Source: a virus
Lineage: Duplodnaviria; Heunggongvirae; Uroviricota; Caudoviricetes
IMG/VR virus record: IMGVR_UViG_3300031998_000007
DNA length: 64,000 nucleotides
Reading direction: 5' to 3' (one strand)
Below are positions 1 to 10,000 of this stretch, piece by piece. A program made the position numbers and the translations under genes. Under the pieces are notes generated by a model. It worked only from the letters and a program-made list of their open reading frames with translations, made no database searches and was not told the origin of the DNA. Every line of letters starts with the position of its first letter. Positions within the stretch are counted from its first letter, which is position 1.

Positions 1-549
1 GTCAAACTGTCCATTCTCACCGAACGCTTCACGGAAGACCGGCCCGTATTTCTGTACGGCGCCCTCCCTGCCGAGCTTCTGCAAGCCTTCTACGCCAGTC
101 TTGCTGATTTCGCCAATGGCCGACAGTGCGCCGGCATAGGCCCTGCTGATCGCGACTCGGTCGGCGTCGTCGATGACACCCACCATCCGGTTCGCGAACA
201 CCGCGCCATAGAAAAGCATGTTGGTCGGGATGTCAAAAAGGTCGAACGACCGTTCGCCAAGGTCAAGCGAGAACTTTTCCGGGTTGAACGTAAACTTATT
301 TTCACATGCCTGAATGACCTGGGTCGAAGTTGCCCTGTACTGGGCCACGCAGGTTTCGTTCACGGTCTCCGGGTTCCCGATATACGCAAGGTACTTGTCC
401 ATGAGGGTACCCTTCGTCCCGGTAAACACGGCCGACTTGGACAGTATCGCAATCAATATCCAGAGGGTTTCCGTCCCTTCGCGGCTCCTGTCGTTGAGAA
501 TTTCGATGCCGGCTTCCTTCTTGACCAGCGCTTCGGGTATGACTGCCAT
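1..549 (-). CDS. Hypothetical protein, truncated by the left window edge (MAVIPEALVKKEAG...)
   Basis: Hand translation: ATG at 549 on the minus strand, open to base 1. AAGGTGG RBS-like sequence and TATAAACTA motif (592-584) upstream. Absent from the ORF track because no stop lies in the window. Confidence 0.75.
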   Translation of the reverse strand, partial: MAVIPEALVKKEAGIEILNDRSREGTETLWILIAILSKSAVFTGTKGTLMDKYLAYIGNPETVNETCVAQYRATSTQVIQACENKFTFNPEKFSLDLGERSFDLFDIPTNMLFYGAVFANRMVGVIDDADRVAISRAYAGALSAIGEISKTGVEGLQKLGREGAVQKYGPVFREAFGENGQFD

Positions 550-721
550 GGTCCACCTTCCATATATATGTTAAATACGCCCCTAGTTTATATTTTCACG
601 CCCGCAGGGGGCAGAATTCTGGAGTTTTTTGATATAAACCTCTTCCGAAGACGGAAAGTTTTTTATAGATTCTTAACCGTCGTTCCCGAATAGACCAATG
701 GGGCGCATACCGGAGGGTAAC

Positions 722-2395
722 TTGGACACACATGGAATGAAGCGGGGGTCCCTGGACTACACCTACATCGACTATGACCACAGGTCATGGTCCGACTTCG
801 CTCCAGCCTGCCTTCTCCCGTCCCTCCTCTTCCGTTCTTTCGATACCGCTTTCAATGCGGACCTTTCTTTCTCGGCCTTGGGACAGAGACAGCGTCTTTG
901 CCTCTACGAGTCCATGCTCGTCATTCTTTTTGACGTCTGCAAGGGCCTGTCCGAGAAGTTCAAGGACGACAACATCGCCGGCGTCCGCACCCACGAGAGC
1001 TCCTGGTACTGCAACCTTTACAGCACGTTGTTCCGCTATCGCGCAGGGACAGGCTATCCGGCCTGCGTAAAGTGGCTGACCGACCACGGGTTCATCTGCC
1101 ACACGGCTTCCTACCGCAAGTCCACGACCAAGTGCAAGGGCGTCTCGAAGGCCTACTGGCTCGGCGAGGCCTATGCCACCTACTACCTCCGCTACCTCTG
1201 GACGCGTTGGAAATCCAAGTGCGGCAACGGCGAACACCACCCGGTCGGCTCCCTCCGCTCCTACAAGTTCGAGAGCATCTTCACCAAGCGCCGCCTGTAT
1301 CTTGACGCAGTCCGCAGGAAGGAATACCTTCTCGAGCAGGACGATGTCGCCGACATGTATGACGACCTGGCCCACTTCAAGATTGACGCGGAAAAGGCAA
1401 GGGCCACCATGCAGGGGCTTGCCGACAGCGGAACCGTGCCGCAGGAACGCGTGGATGGCGAAATGGACAAGGTCGAGCGTTTTGGCCGCATGGGCGAGGA
1501 CCCTATTGCGGCCTATGTCGTCAAGGACCGTTATGGTCGTGTCCACACGAACGTTACCTCCTTGAAGAAGGAAATCCGCGAGCAGTGCATGTCCTGCGAC
1601 GGTGCGCCGGTTGGTAGCGTTGACATCAGGAGTTCCCAGGCGGCCTTCCTCTGCAGCGTGTTCGGCATGTGGAAGCGCCTTGCCACCGATCCGCTGATGG
1701 TCCCGGAACCGAGGTTCGTAAAGCTGACCCCGTTCTGGCGCCCGGAAGAATCCGCGGCTACCGGGAAGCTGATTTCCGACGAGCTCGAACGGTTCAGTTC
1801 CCTGCTCCGCGAAGGCCGTATTTACGAGTATTTTGCCGAGCAAATCGGCATGAACGACAGAAAGACGGTGAAGAAGGAATGGCTCGCGTTCCTGTATGCG
1901 CCGATTATCTTCGACCGAGCGAAGCACTATGTCAGGTCGAAGCTGCGTCAGGTCTGGAAGCGCGACTTCCCGACGCTTCTCCGCTGCATCGACTCGATGA
2001 AGCGCGACAACTATGCAGCGCTTTCCCACGAGATGCAGTCCACCGAAAGTGACTTCGTGTTCAAGGGCGTCATCCCGCTGGTGCGCCTGTTCATCGGGTG
2101 CCCCGTGTGCACCGTCCATGACTCCCTCATTGTCCCGGCAGAGTATGTCAACGCGGTGAAGGAAATCATGGACGCCGAGCTAATCAGGACAGGCATCCCG
2201 ACAATGACCGTGGCGGAAATGGAAATCCTCCGCCCGTCCACTACGGCGCAGCGTGACGCGGAAAAGATCCGCTCCGCAATCGAGCGCCATTATCACGCGC
2301 TTTCCATGCGGGGGCATGGAACCGTGGAAACCGCAGACCCGCGAGAACATAGTTTTCAGTCGGTAATGCAGCCGTGCCTGGCTAAGGTTTCCTGA
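722..2395 (+). CDS. Stand-alone family-A/T7-RNAP-like polymerase palm protein (TV-Pol/Rep-like)
   Basis: ORF 698..2395, probable TTG start at 722 after GGAGG (712-716). Motif A VDIRSSQ, motif B RKTVKKEWLAFLY (RxxxK...Y with K-Y spacing of 8), motif C TVHDSL, and GRVHTNVTSL upstream. No exonuclease domain seen. Confidence 0.7.
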   Translation: MDTHGMKRGSLDYTYIDYDHRSWSDFAPACLLPSLLFRSFDTAFNADLSFSALGQRQRLCLYESMLVILFDVCKGLSEKFKDDNIAGVRTHESSWYCNLYSTLFRYRAGTGYPACVKWLTDHGFICHTASYRKSTTKCKGVSKAYWLGEAYATYYLRYLWTRWKSKCGNGEHHPVGSLRSYKFESIFTKRRLYLDAVRRKEYLLEQDDVADMYDDLAHFKIDAEKARATMQGLADSGTVPQERVDGEMDKVERFGRMGEDPIAAYVVKDRYGRVHTNVTSLKKEIREQCMSCDGAPVGSVDIRSSQAAFLCSVFGMWKRLATDPLMVPEPRFVKLTPFWRPEESAATGKLISDELERFSSLLREGRIYEYFAEQIGMNDRKTVKKEWLAFLYAPIIFDRAKHYVRSKLRQVWKRDFPTLLRCIDSMKRDNYAALSHEMQSTESDFVFKGVIPLVRLFIGCPVCTVHDSLIVPAEYVNAVKEIMDAELIRTGIPTMTVAEMEILRPSTTAQRDAEKIRSAIERHYHALSMRGHGTVETADPREHSFQSVMQPCLAKVS

Positions 2396-2862
2396 TGCCC
2401 AACAAAAAACGACATTTTCTGACTGCGGTCGCCAGTCTCCGTAACCGTTGGCTCGTCTGGCGGTTCCCGTTCCTCGAACCGAGGGCGGTGGACGGTGGTC
2501 GCATCGAGGACTACGACTTCTCGTATACCCTGCTCGACAGCTATCCTGACGGGTGGCGCCGCGTCATTGTCCGTCATCTCCGCCGCATTAAGTCCTTGTT
2601 GAAACGTTACGGGGAGCTCGACAGCTTCCGCATCACAGACGCGAAGGAAAAATACGGGGAGGCCAGGCTATACTGGTCCGGCGTGTCGTCCGAGGAGTGC
2701 GTGAAGCAGCTGGATGAACTGATATGGAACATGGAAAGCGATACCGGGCATACCTGCTGCGAGTGTGGCCGTCCGGCCAAGTATGTTACGCAGGGCTACA
2801 TCCTTCCGTTCTGCCGGAAGTGCATCATGAAACACGGCGTTGACAACGCAAGGGAGATTTGA
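2395..2862 (+). CDS. Conserved phage hypothetical protein with C-terminal Zn-finger
   Basis: Pattern GW...KEKYG..RLY...TCCECGRP...GY..PFC..C, typical of a widespread uncharacterised phage family. Start overlaps the upstream TGA. Confidence 0.65.
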   Translation: MPNKKRHFLTAVASLRNRWLVWRFPFLEPRAVDGGRIEDYDFSYTLLDSYPDGWRRVIVRHLRRIKSLLKRYGELDSFRITDAKEKYGEARLYWSGVSSEECVKQLDELIWNMESDTGHTCCECGRPAKYVTQGYILPFCRKCIMKHGVDNAREI

Positions 2863-2863
2863 C

Positions 2864-3439
2864 ATGTCAAGGTTTTCTGGAAAGAGCGACTTATACGATT
2901 TTCTCTACATGCACGCCGACGCGGAAGGCAGGACTTCCTCGGAGGAATACCGCAGGAACATACGGATATTCGTCGGGAAGGACATGGTCCGTAACGAAAG
3001 CGACAAGGACCTTGTCCCGTATTACCCGTTTGTCGGCAGCTTCGGCGCGGGGCGCGACGGGGCTACGTTCCAGTTCGGCCCGATGTCCCATGTGGACTGG
3101 GAGGACTTCGACATCCTGTCCAAGGTCCTGTGCGACGTGAACCGTGCCTACCGGAAAATGGTCCGCAAGAAGCTCCCGAAGACGGTCGAACAGATTGTCG
3201 AACTGGTCGGGAACGCCTATGACTACCTGACCAAGGACGGGGACGACCCTGTTCCGGTGTTAGCGAAGCGCAAGCTGGAAATGGGCCGGAAGGCTTCCGT
3301 CCCGATGATCCCGTCCGAATACCGGCTTACCCGCAGGGACTTCTACCGGAAGGAACTGGAAGAGGAGATGGTCAAGTGGGGCTATACTCCGAAGGAGGCC
3401 CACGAGTGGTGCTTCGCCGGGCGGAAAACCTGGCCGTAG
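2864..3439 (+). CDS. Hypothetical phage protein (MSRFSGKSDLYD...)
   Basis: GGGAG RBS before ATG 2864, coupled to the upstream stop, followed by a terminator. Confidence 0.7.
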   Translation: MSRFSGKSDLYDFLYMHADAEGRTSSEEYRRNIRIFVGKDMVRNESDKDLVPYYPFVGSFGAGRDGATFQFGPMSHVDWEDFDILSKVLCDVNRAYRKMVRKKLPKTVEQIVELVGNAYDYLTKDGDDPVPVLAKRKLEMGRKASVPMIPSEYRLTRRDFYRKELEEEMVKWGYTPKEAHEWCFAGRKTWP

Positions 3440-3445
3440 AAACCA

Positions 3446-3477
3446 GAAAACCCCGCGCCGGCGCGGGGTTCTCTTTT
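3446..3477. terminator. Bidirectional intrinsic terminator
   Basis: AACCCCGCGC-CG-GCGCGGGGTT hairpin (3449-3470) with A-run before and T-run after, between convergent genes. Confidence 0.8.
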
Positions 3478-3507
3478 CATTTAAGCATTGATGTGTAATG
3501 AACCCGA

Positions 3508-3930
3508 CTAGCGGTTGTCCGGGTCGAGGTCGTCGGTCGTAGTTGCCCAGCCGCGCTCGTCAGAACCACCGAACTCGGCAGCATTCATCTGGTCGAAGAT
3601 GTCCAGATCTTCCGGGTTTTCGTTTTCCTTGTTGAGGAAGTCACCCTTCGGATCGGATGCCGGGAGATACTTCTCCCCGTTGCATGCCGGGCACGGCAAC
3701 TTGAGGCCGTTCGGGAGACGGAGGCTCAGCTTGCCGTCAGGGCCCCAGGCGTAGTTGGATTCGCCCGTACCGTCGCAGTACGGACAGGGTTTGCTGTGGT
3801 CAATGATAGCTTCCATGAAGTACACCTTGCCCATTTCCTTCACTGCTTCCATGATGGGAGCGTTGGTTGGGGTAGTGTACGCGTCAGCTGCCTTGCACAC
3901 GCGGTCGTAGAGTTTCTGGTTAGAAGCCAT
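3508..3930 (-). CDS. Small protein with DnaJ-type CxxCxG Zn-finger pair
   Basis: CPYCDGTG and CPACNGE motifs, acidic C-terminus. GGAG RBS before ATG 3930 and TAAACTA at 3967-3961. Confidence 0.7.
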   Translation of the reverse strand: MASNQKLYDRVCKAADAYTTPTNAPIMEAVKEMGKVYFMEAIIDHSKPCPYCDGTGESNYAWGPDGKLSLRLPNGLKLPCPACNGEKYLPASDPKGDFLNKENENPEDLDIFDQMNAAEFGGSDERGWATTTDDLDPDNR

Positions 3931-3964
3931 GGTTTTCTCCATTGGAGGTATTTCTGAGGTTAGT

Positions 3965-4975
3965 TTAGAACAGGGACATCAAATAATCGAAATCTTCCGG
4001 GTTCATTCCGCCGGTGTCCCGTTCTTCCGGCTTTTGTTCTTCCTGTTCAGGTTCCGGTTCCGCCGGTGTCTGTTGCTCCGCCGGTGCAGGTTCCTGCTTT
4101 TCCGTCTCACCGAGCCCGACTGCGCCAAGACTTTCCTTCTTGTTTTCTTCCGTAGGTTCCGCCGTCGGCTGTTCGACTTCCTCGATTGCCGCATTGACAT
4201 TTTCGTCCGGGGTCTTCGGTGCAGTTTCATCCAGTTTCTCGGTTGCGAAGGCAAGGCTGTTGAGGGCCTCTTCGGCTGCATCGACCTTTGCCGGCGCTTC
4301 TTCGAGAAGTTCCTTGTCTACCTCGACCGGTTCCTTCTCGGGCTTGTTGCGGACGGTCTTTTCCGTCTTGAAAAATTCTCCGGTGGCGCTTTCGGCCTGT
4401 TTTTCCTGGCCGTCGTTTGGTGTGAAGTGCGAGTTGGCCGCATCCTTCATGATGCTGGTTGCGTTGGTCTTCATGCCCTTGAACGCTGCGAGCAGGTGCT
4501 TGCAGACGAGTATTTTTCCCTGTGGGTCCCTGACGACCGGCTTGATGTCGGATCCGTCCGGCACTCCGGGAACGGACTCGAAACCTTCTTCGAGACTGCC
4601 CATCTTGTGCTTCATGTTGTATCTGGCGCCCGACCAGTTGAAGTCGGGACATGTGCAGAAACACTTGACATCGGCGTTCTTGATCGCTTCCATGCGGGAC
4701 CGGATGTCCCTTCTGGACTTCGCGAGAGCGAACAGGGACTGCTTGCCCGCCGGTATCACGGCGATGTAGCAGTCGTACATGACGTTTTCCTTGGTCTGGG
4801 ACGGGATTTTCCACCGGATTACGGCATTTCCCTCGCGGTCCTTGCCGAGGCCGCGATAGTAGTGGAGCAGCGACTTGGAACGCTGTGCGCGTCCAGTGTC
4901 AGTGCCCTTGGAAATGTCGGCCATGTTCGCTTCGATAAATGCTATCAGGTTGTTTTTGAGGACATTCGTCAGCAT
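3965..4975 (-). CDS. SWIM-type Zn-finger protein with acidic C-terminal tail
   Basis: CFCTCPDF...VCKHL (CxC-xn-CxH). AGGAG RBS. E/P/Q-rich tail ending DFDYLMSLF. Confidence 0.7.
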   Translation of the reverse strand: MLTNVLKNNLIAFIEANMADISKGTDTGRAQRSKSLLHYYRGLGKDREGNAVIRWKIPSQTKENVMYDCYIAVIPAGKQSLFALAKSRRDIRSRMEAIKNADVKCFCTCPDFNWSGARYNMKHKMGSLEEGFESVPGVPDGSDIKPVVRDPQGKILVCKHLLAAFKGMKTNATSIMKDAANSHFTPNDGQEKQAESATGEFFKTEKTVRNKPEKEPVEVDKELLEEAPAKVDAAEEALNSLAFATEKLDETAPKTPDENVNAAIEEVEQPTAEPTEENKKESLGAVGLGETEKQEPAPAEQQTPAEPEPEQEEQKPEERDTGGMNPEDFDYLMSLF

Positions 4976-4984
4976 TGCAGTCTC

Positions 4985-6898
4985 CTAGTATGCGAACAGG
5001 ACGTCCGCGATATGGGCCGGGATGATGAACCCGCCGCGGTGGCCGTCGATAGAGCAGGTCACCATCGAGTTCGCCTTCCTGAACCCGGTCACCCTGGACA
5101 GGAACGAACCGGTGCTGAGGTCGCTGCGGCTGAAACTGGTCTTTGCCGTCGGGGCGAGAACTGACGTGTACGGGATTGCGTTGTCGTCGAGGTATGCCTC
5201 CGGCGTTGTCCCGTTGGGGTTCCCGGTCCACTTCCGGTACACGCTGAGCTGGCGGTACGGGTCAACTTCGACAAAGAACTTGTTGATGAAGTTGATCGGG
5301 ATTGCCTCCGGCTTGCGGACACGGAACTTCACGTCGCCGTAGATGGTCGGCCTGACCGTGAGGTTGGCCCCGTCCGGCGTATCGCGCACTTCGCGGCCGT
5401 TGGCGATGAGCGTATTCAGGTAGCACTTGCTGTAAGAGCTGGATTTCAGCGTCTTCAACAGCATGATGGGGCTTTCCATCATGGAATCCCACATCCCGCC
5501 GAGAATACCCCTGGTCTGCAGGTGGGCGAGCTGGCGCAGCTGGTCCTTGATGTTTGCGTAGGCACGTTTCCTGGTGACATCGTCCCCGTTGAGCAGGTTG
5601 GTGATGTCCCGGCAGGCGAAATTGATGAACGGGAAACCGAACTTGGTGACCACGGCCTGGTTCCATTCGTCCATTGCGGTAGTGTCCACACCCATGCGTT
5701 CCGGCTTGGTATATTCTACCGGCGCATTGTCATTTCCACCGGCATCCGCGGTTTCTTGGTGGTCGACAGTTCCTGCGTTGCCGGGTGCAGTGTCCCGGTG
5801 TTCCTGGATATGGGAAACTCGACGCAACGGCAGGTCGTCATCTTCACCGTTTCCGGCTGCGGTCGGAGCCGCGGCTTCCGGTTGTTCTGGTTTCTGCTTG
5901 AGTGCCTGGTTTTCTTGCTGCAACTCGGCAATCCTTTCCTGCAAGCTCTGGTTTTGCGAGTTTGCGCTATTAAGTTGGTTTTGCAGGTCCTGGATCTGTG
6001 CGGAATGGGTATTCTGCAAGTCGGAAATCTGCTTCCCGTATGTAGTCTTCAACGATTGCAGTTCGGCCTGCGCATCGGACAGTGCCTTGCTTTCGGCATC
6101 TTTTGTGTCTTCCGCGTTGGGCGATTTCTTTATCGTATCAAGTTTTTGCTTGTAACCGTCAATTATCTGCTGCTTTTGCTGGTTGAACTCGGCAATCAGC
6201 TTGGCCTTTTCGTTTTCAAAGTCGGTTTTCAGCTGTTGCGCCTGTGCATCGAGGGCAGCCTTTAACTGCTTTCTGTCGCTGGTGGTCTTTTTTGCCGCCG
6301 GTTTCTTTGGCTTGGTTTCCGTTGTTTCGGGATTGGGTTCTGCCGGCGGGACCACTTCGGTCGGCTTTGCAGTTTCGTCCTGCACCTGCGGCTCTGCCGC
6401 CGGTTCCTGCGGAGGAACTTCTTGTGCCTGGATGGGCTGTTCTGCCGGAGTTTCCTTTGGTGCGTTCTTTGAAAGTTCGGTATTCACACGCTGAATGGTA
6501 TTCCCTAGACTGCGGAGGGCGCGTGGGGAAGACAGCCCGGCCAGGATTATTTGGAACTTCTGTGCAGGGCTCTCGTCCGGGCTTTCCAGATTGTCTTCGA
6601 TTGCAGTCTGGACATAATCGGACAGGATATTGTCGAGAATTGCGTCCTTGGGGGCCGTAATGCCCGGCGCAATGTTTATTCTGTCGCTGATCGGCTTGAA
6701 GTCCGCGTCGTCTACTGCTTTGAACTCGGCACACTCGTCAGGGGTCAAGAGTTTCTTGTTCCGCGCGGCTTCCTTTACGGCCCGCTTCTCGGCTTCCAGC
6801 GACAGTGGGGCACCGGCGCTTTTCTGCGCCTCCGAAATCGCCTTTTCCGCATCTGCATCCGAAAGGGTAAATTTTCTTGCTATCTGTTCTAACGTCAT
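4985..6898 (-). CDS. Hypothetical 637-aa protein with central coiled coil (probable virion/internal protein)
   Basis: Long ORF with coding-like codon bias and a Q/E/K heptad-rich centre. TATAAACTA at 6931-6923 upstream. Confidence 0.7.
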   Translation of the reverse strand: MTLEQIARKFTLSDADAEKAISEAQKSAGAPLSLEAEKRAVKEAARNKKLLTPDECAEFKAVDDADFKPISDRINIAPGITAPKDAILDNILSDYVQTAIEDNLESPDESPAQKFQIILAGLSSPRALRSLGNTIQRVNTELSKNAPKETPAEQPIQAQEVPPQEPAAEPQVQDETAKPTEVVPPAEPNPETTETKPKKPAAKKTTSDRKQLKAALDAQAQQLKTDFENEKAKLIAEFNQQKQQIIDGYKQKLDTIKKSPNAEDTKDAESKALSDAQAELQSLKTTYGKQISDLQNTHSAQIQDLQNQLNSANSQNQSLQERIAELQQENQALKQKPEQPEAAAPTAAGNGEDDDLPLRRVSHIQEHRDTAPGNAGTVDHQETADAGGNDNAPVEYTKPERMGVDTTAMDEWNQAVVTKFGFPFINFACRDITNLLNGDDVTRKRAYANIKDQLRQLAHLQTRGILGGMWDSMMESPIMLLKTLKSSSYSKCYLNTLIANGREVRDTPDGANLTVRPTIYGDVKFRVRKPEAIPINFINKFFVEVDPYRQLSVYRKWTGNPNGTTPEAYLDDNAIPYTSVLAPTAKTSFSRSDLSTGSFLSRVTGFRKANSMVTCSIDGHRGGFIIPAHIADVLFAY

Positions 6899-6922
6899 GG
6901 TAAACCTGGCCGCATGTGTCCA

Positions 6923-6994
6923 TAGTTTATAAGTCCCGGTTATCGTTCCGGTCCGGCGGTTTACCGTCCGAAACGGGTCCCCGTCTATAAACTA
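6923..6994. promoter_or_regulatory. Divergent pair of late-promoter-like TATAAACTA motifs flanking a GC hairpin
   Basis: CCATAGTTTATA (6920-6931) and TATAAACTATGG (6986-6997) form a perfect 12-bp inverted repeat, each facing a large gene. Confidence 0.65.
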
Positions 6995-7027
6995 TGGGCG
7001 CAAAGAACGAAAATATGCGAGGCGTGA

Positions 7028-10000
7028 ATGAACCCAAATGCAGTTGACAGTAATACTCCGAACGGCGCACACGACCTGTTCAGGAAGACTGTTGGGTTGT
7101 ATGAACAGTTTGCCACCGAGTGCGGGCTCCCGAAGGATGCTTTCCTCAAAACTACGGACGGCGCGGAGAACGCTTTCATGGACCAGGTCGATGCCGCCAT
7201 ACTGTCCCTCCGGTCATCCACGCGCCCGAACGCAGCAAATCCTGACCAGAAGGTCACGGACGACCCCAATTATAACCCGAGGCTGATGAACCTCCTCGGC
7301 AAGATTGGCCAGAGCGTTGTCTATACATTGATCGCGAGCGCCCAGTCGCATTCTTACGCAACTCCGGGGAAAACGGATGAAATTCTGAGTAAGATTGTCG
7401 AGGCTTACCGCCCGGAGATTGCCCAGACGGAGGCCGAGCTTGCACGCAAGGCGAAGCTGGGACGCGCCATTGGTTACAAGGCGTTCAAGCCGATCGTGTG
7501 GGCATGTGTCGGGCGAAAGATTATCGCCAAGGCATACACCAACGCGGCGAACGGTGTTTCCAGCGGACCGGAAAGCCTGGCCAGCTCCGTAAATGTCAAC
7601 TATGACCTGCCGGGCGGCGATAGCGCTGCCAATACGGTCGAAGTCGCACCGGAAAAGATTAACGGCCTTACTAAGTTTGGCTTCCGCCACTTCTATCAGT
7701 TGTTCGGCGATGTCGGCAAGCTGTACAGTGACAAGATTAACCTCTTGCCGGAACTTGTCATGGCATGTGAAACCGGCTATTCCCAGATATTCAACGACGC
7801 GCTTACTTCCGTTTATCCCGATTTCTTCAAACCGGGGGTTGACAAGAATGGCAACCAGACCGGGCACTGTGCAGCGTTTACGCTTGACCGCAAGACGCTT
7901 GCCGGAATTTTCAACCGCGCGATCCGTGTGGTTTGTTCCGACTTGACTCGCGCGGTCGAGGCCAGAACCGAACTTATTGATGCAATCGGTACGCTCGAAA
8001 ACGAACCGGTGATGAACCTCATTTTTGACCAGTTCCTCGGCATGAACCGTCGCGAAAGCAGCAAGAATGGAACCGTGACGCTCAAAACTGATTTGGGTGT
8101 CGTGAGCATCGAGACCGCCAAGATGGAAGGTGGCACTACCGGTGCAGGTTCGCTTAACCGTGGCTCCGACGAAGGCTACATGCGTGCTACCGGCGTTGCG
8201 TCTTCCACTAAGATTGAAAACAAGGGCGTTTCACGTTCCGCAAATGGCTCTACCGTGAGCTTGAACGTCTATGGCATCGACGTTACCCTGTCCATCGACG
8301 ATTCGACTGAACTTGACAACTATGTTCTCCCGGTTGTCCTTAACATGGCGTTCCACGGCCATGAACGCAGCTGGGTTGTGTGCAAGGGACTTGCGCCGTT
8401 CACTTACGAGGTTGATGGCGGCTTGCAGCAGGATGCTGCGCTTGCCGACCCGAACGCGCCTGCCGAAGATGCGGCAAGCATTTCTGAAACGATGCAGCAC
8501 GCATCGGAAAATACCAGGGCAGGCCGCTTTGGCCGTGTTGCCGACCAGATTTCTAACCTGGAACCGGCATTCAATCTGTCGGAAGCCGACCGCGCTGCGG
8601 TTGTTTCGGACATCCATTCCCGCGCCGAAAGCGATCCGAAACTCGCCGATGACGCCTCCGTGGCACTCGGTGTCTTGGATTCCATCAAGGGTTCATACGG
8701 CCAGTTCCGCCATGCGGTTGCCGAGGCGTTTGTGCCTGGTTCCAGGAATGGCACGAAGCAGATTACTACCGGAAACATGATTGACGTCGTCAACAAGGTT
8801 TCCAAGACCATCATCATTGATATGCTGATGGGTCGCGGTAGTCCCAATGACGAACGCGCCATCCGCGAAAAGACAATGCAGGATGTAAAGGCTTCGCTCA
8901 TTTCCAAGTGGGCGTCTGGTGCAGGATATGACATCAAGCGTATGGGCTTCGACGCCGAGGATGACAAGGTGTCTGCCGTTGCTGCGCTTATGTATGACCA
9001 GGCCGGTGCGATGGGCATTGCCCGTAGCATTTTCGGAAGCTACATGCAGTCCGCCGGTTCCGATCCTGCAAAGGCGGTCGAACAGTTTGAAAGCGGCGCC
9101 GGGCTTGACCAGCATGTCGCCGAAATGAAAAATCTTGTTCGCCGGTATATCAAGGCGGCAAGTATTGTCGGCACAAGTGACACGCCGGACGAAATTCTCG
9201 ACTTGCTTGAACAGGTCGAAAGTGGCGACCTCGCAGCATGTGCTCGCTTGGTAAAGGGTTCTACCGGCTGGTTTGCCGAAAAGCTCACCGACCAGATGTA
9301 TGCTGCCGCCCGCGACCAGTTTGACGAATGGTGCCTCGGGTTCTCTTACGATAACCTTAATGACGACAATACGCCATATCGCAAGGTCATTGAGTCGGTC
9401 AACCAGTTCTACGACAGTGTTGCCGATGCGATGTTCAGCAAGTATGACGGCATTGAAGGCCGCGACGCGGTCAAGAAAGTCGTTGGCGCCGTGCAGGGTG
9501 CACTCGGTACCGGTGCAGGAACGGCTGATGCACAGGGCGCGGTCAACGAGATGAACGACTTCTACACGTTCTCGAAGGTAATCGAGCTTGTCGCAGCTGC
9601 TACGGATTCTAAACCGGCCGAAAAGGATACCGGCGTGAAGGCCGTTGCATCCGGTTTTGGCATGAAGCCGCAGTTTACCGAGGAACCTTCCGGTGTCCAG
9701 GTTGAACAGCCGGAAGCGCAGAAGGCGCCGCAGGTTGATTATAGCGAAGTCATCGAGGAAGGCAACCCGGGAGCGGTCGAAGCCTATGGCCTCGGGACCA
9801 TCAAGCAGTTGGTTGACCGCGGCGACGCGCAGTCTGCCGCAGTCTTGGATGCGATGCGGCTCTATGACGGTTCACGTGCCCAGATTAGCAAGCTGGAAGA
9901 AATCGGGGACACTACCCGCACACCGGCTTCTGCCGAAACACTTATCAAGAGCAAGGTTTCCAACCTTGTCGATAAGCTCATTACCATCGTTGGCGATGGC

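Noticed and set aside
561-570. Short palindrome CATATATATG
   Set aside because: A single low-complexity occurrence with no second copy noticed, so it is not supportable as a site.
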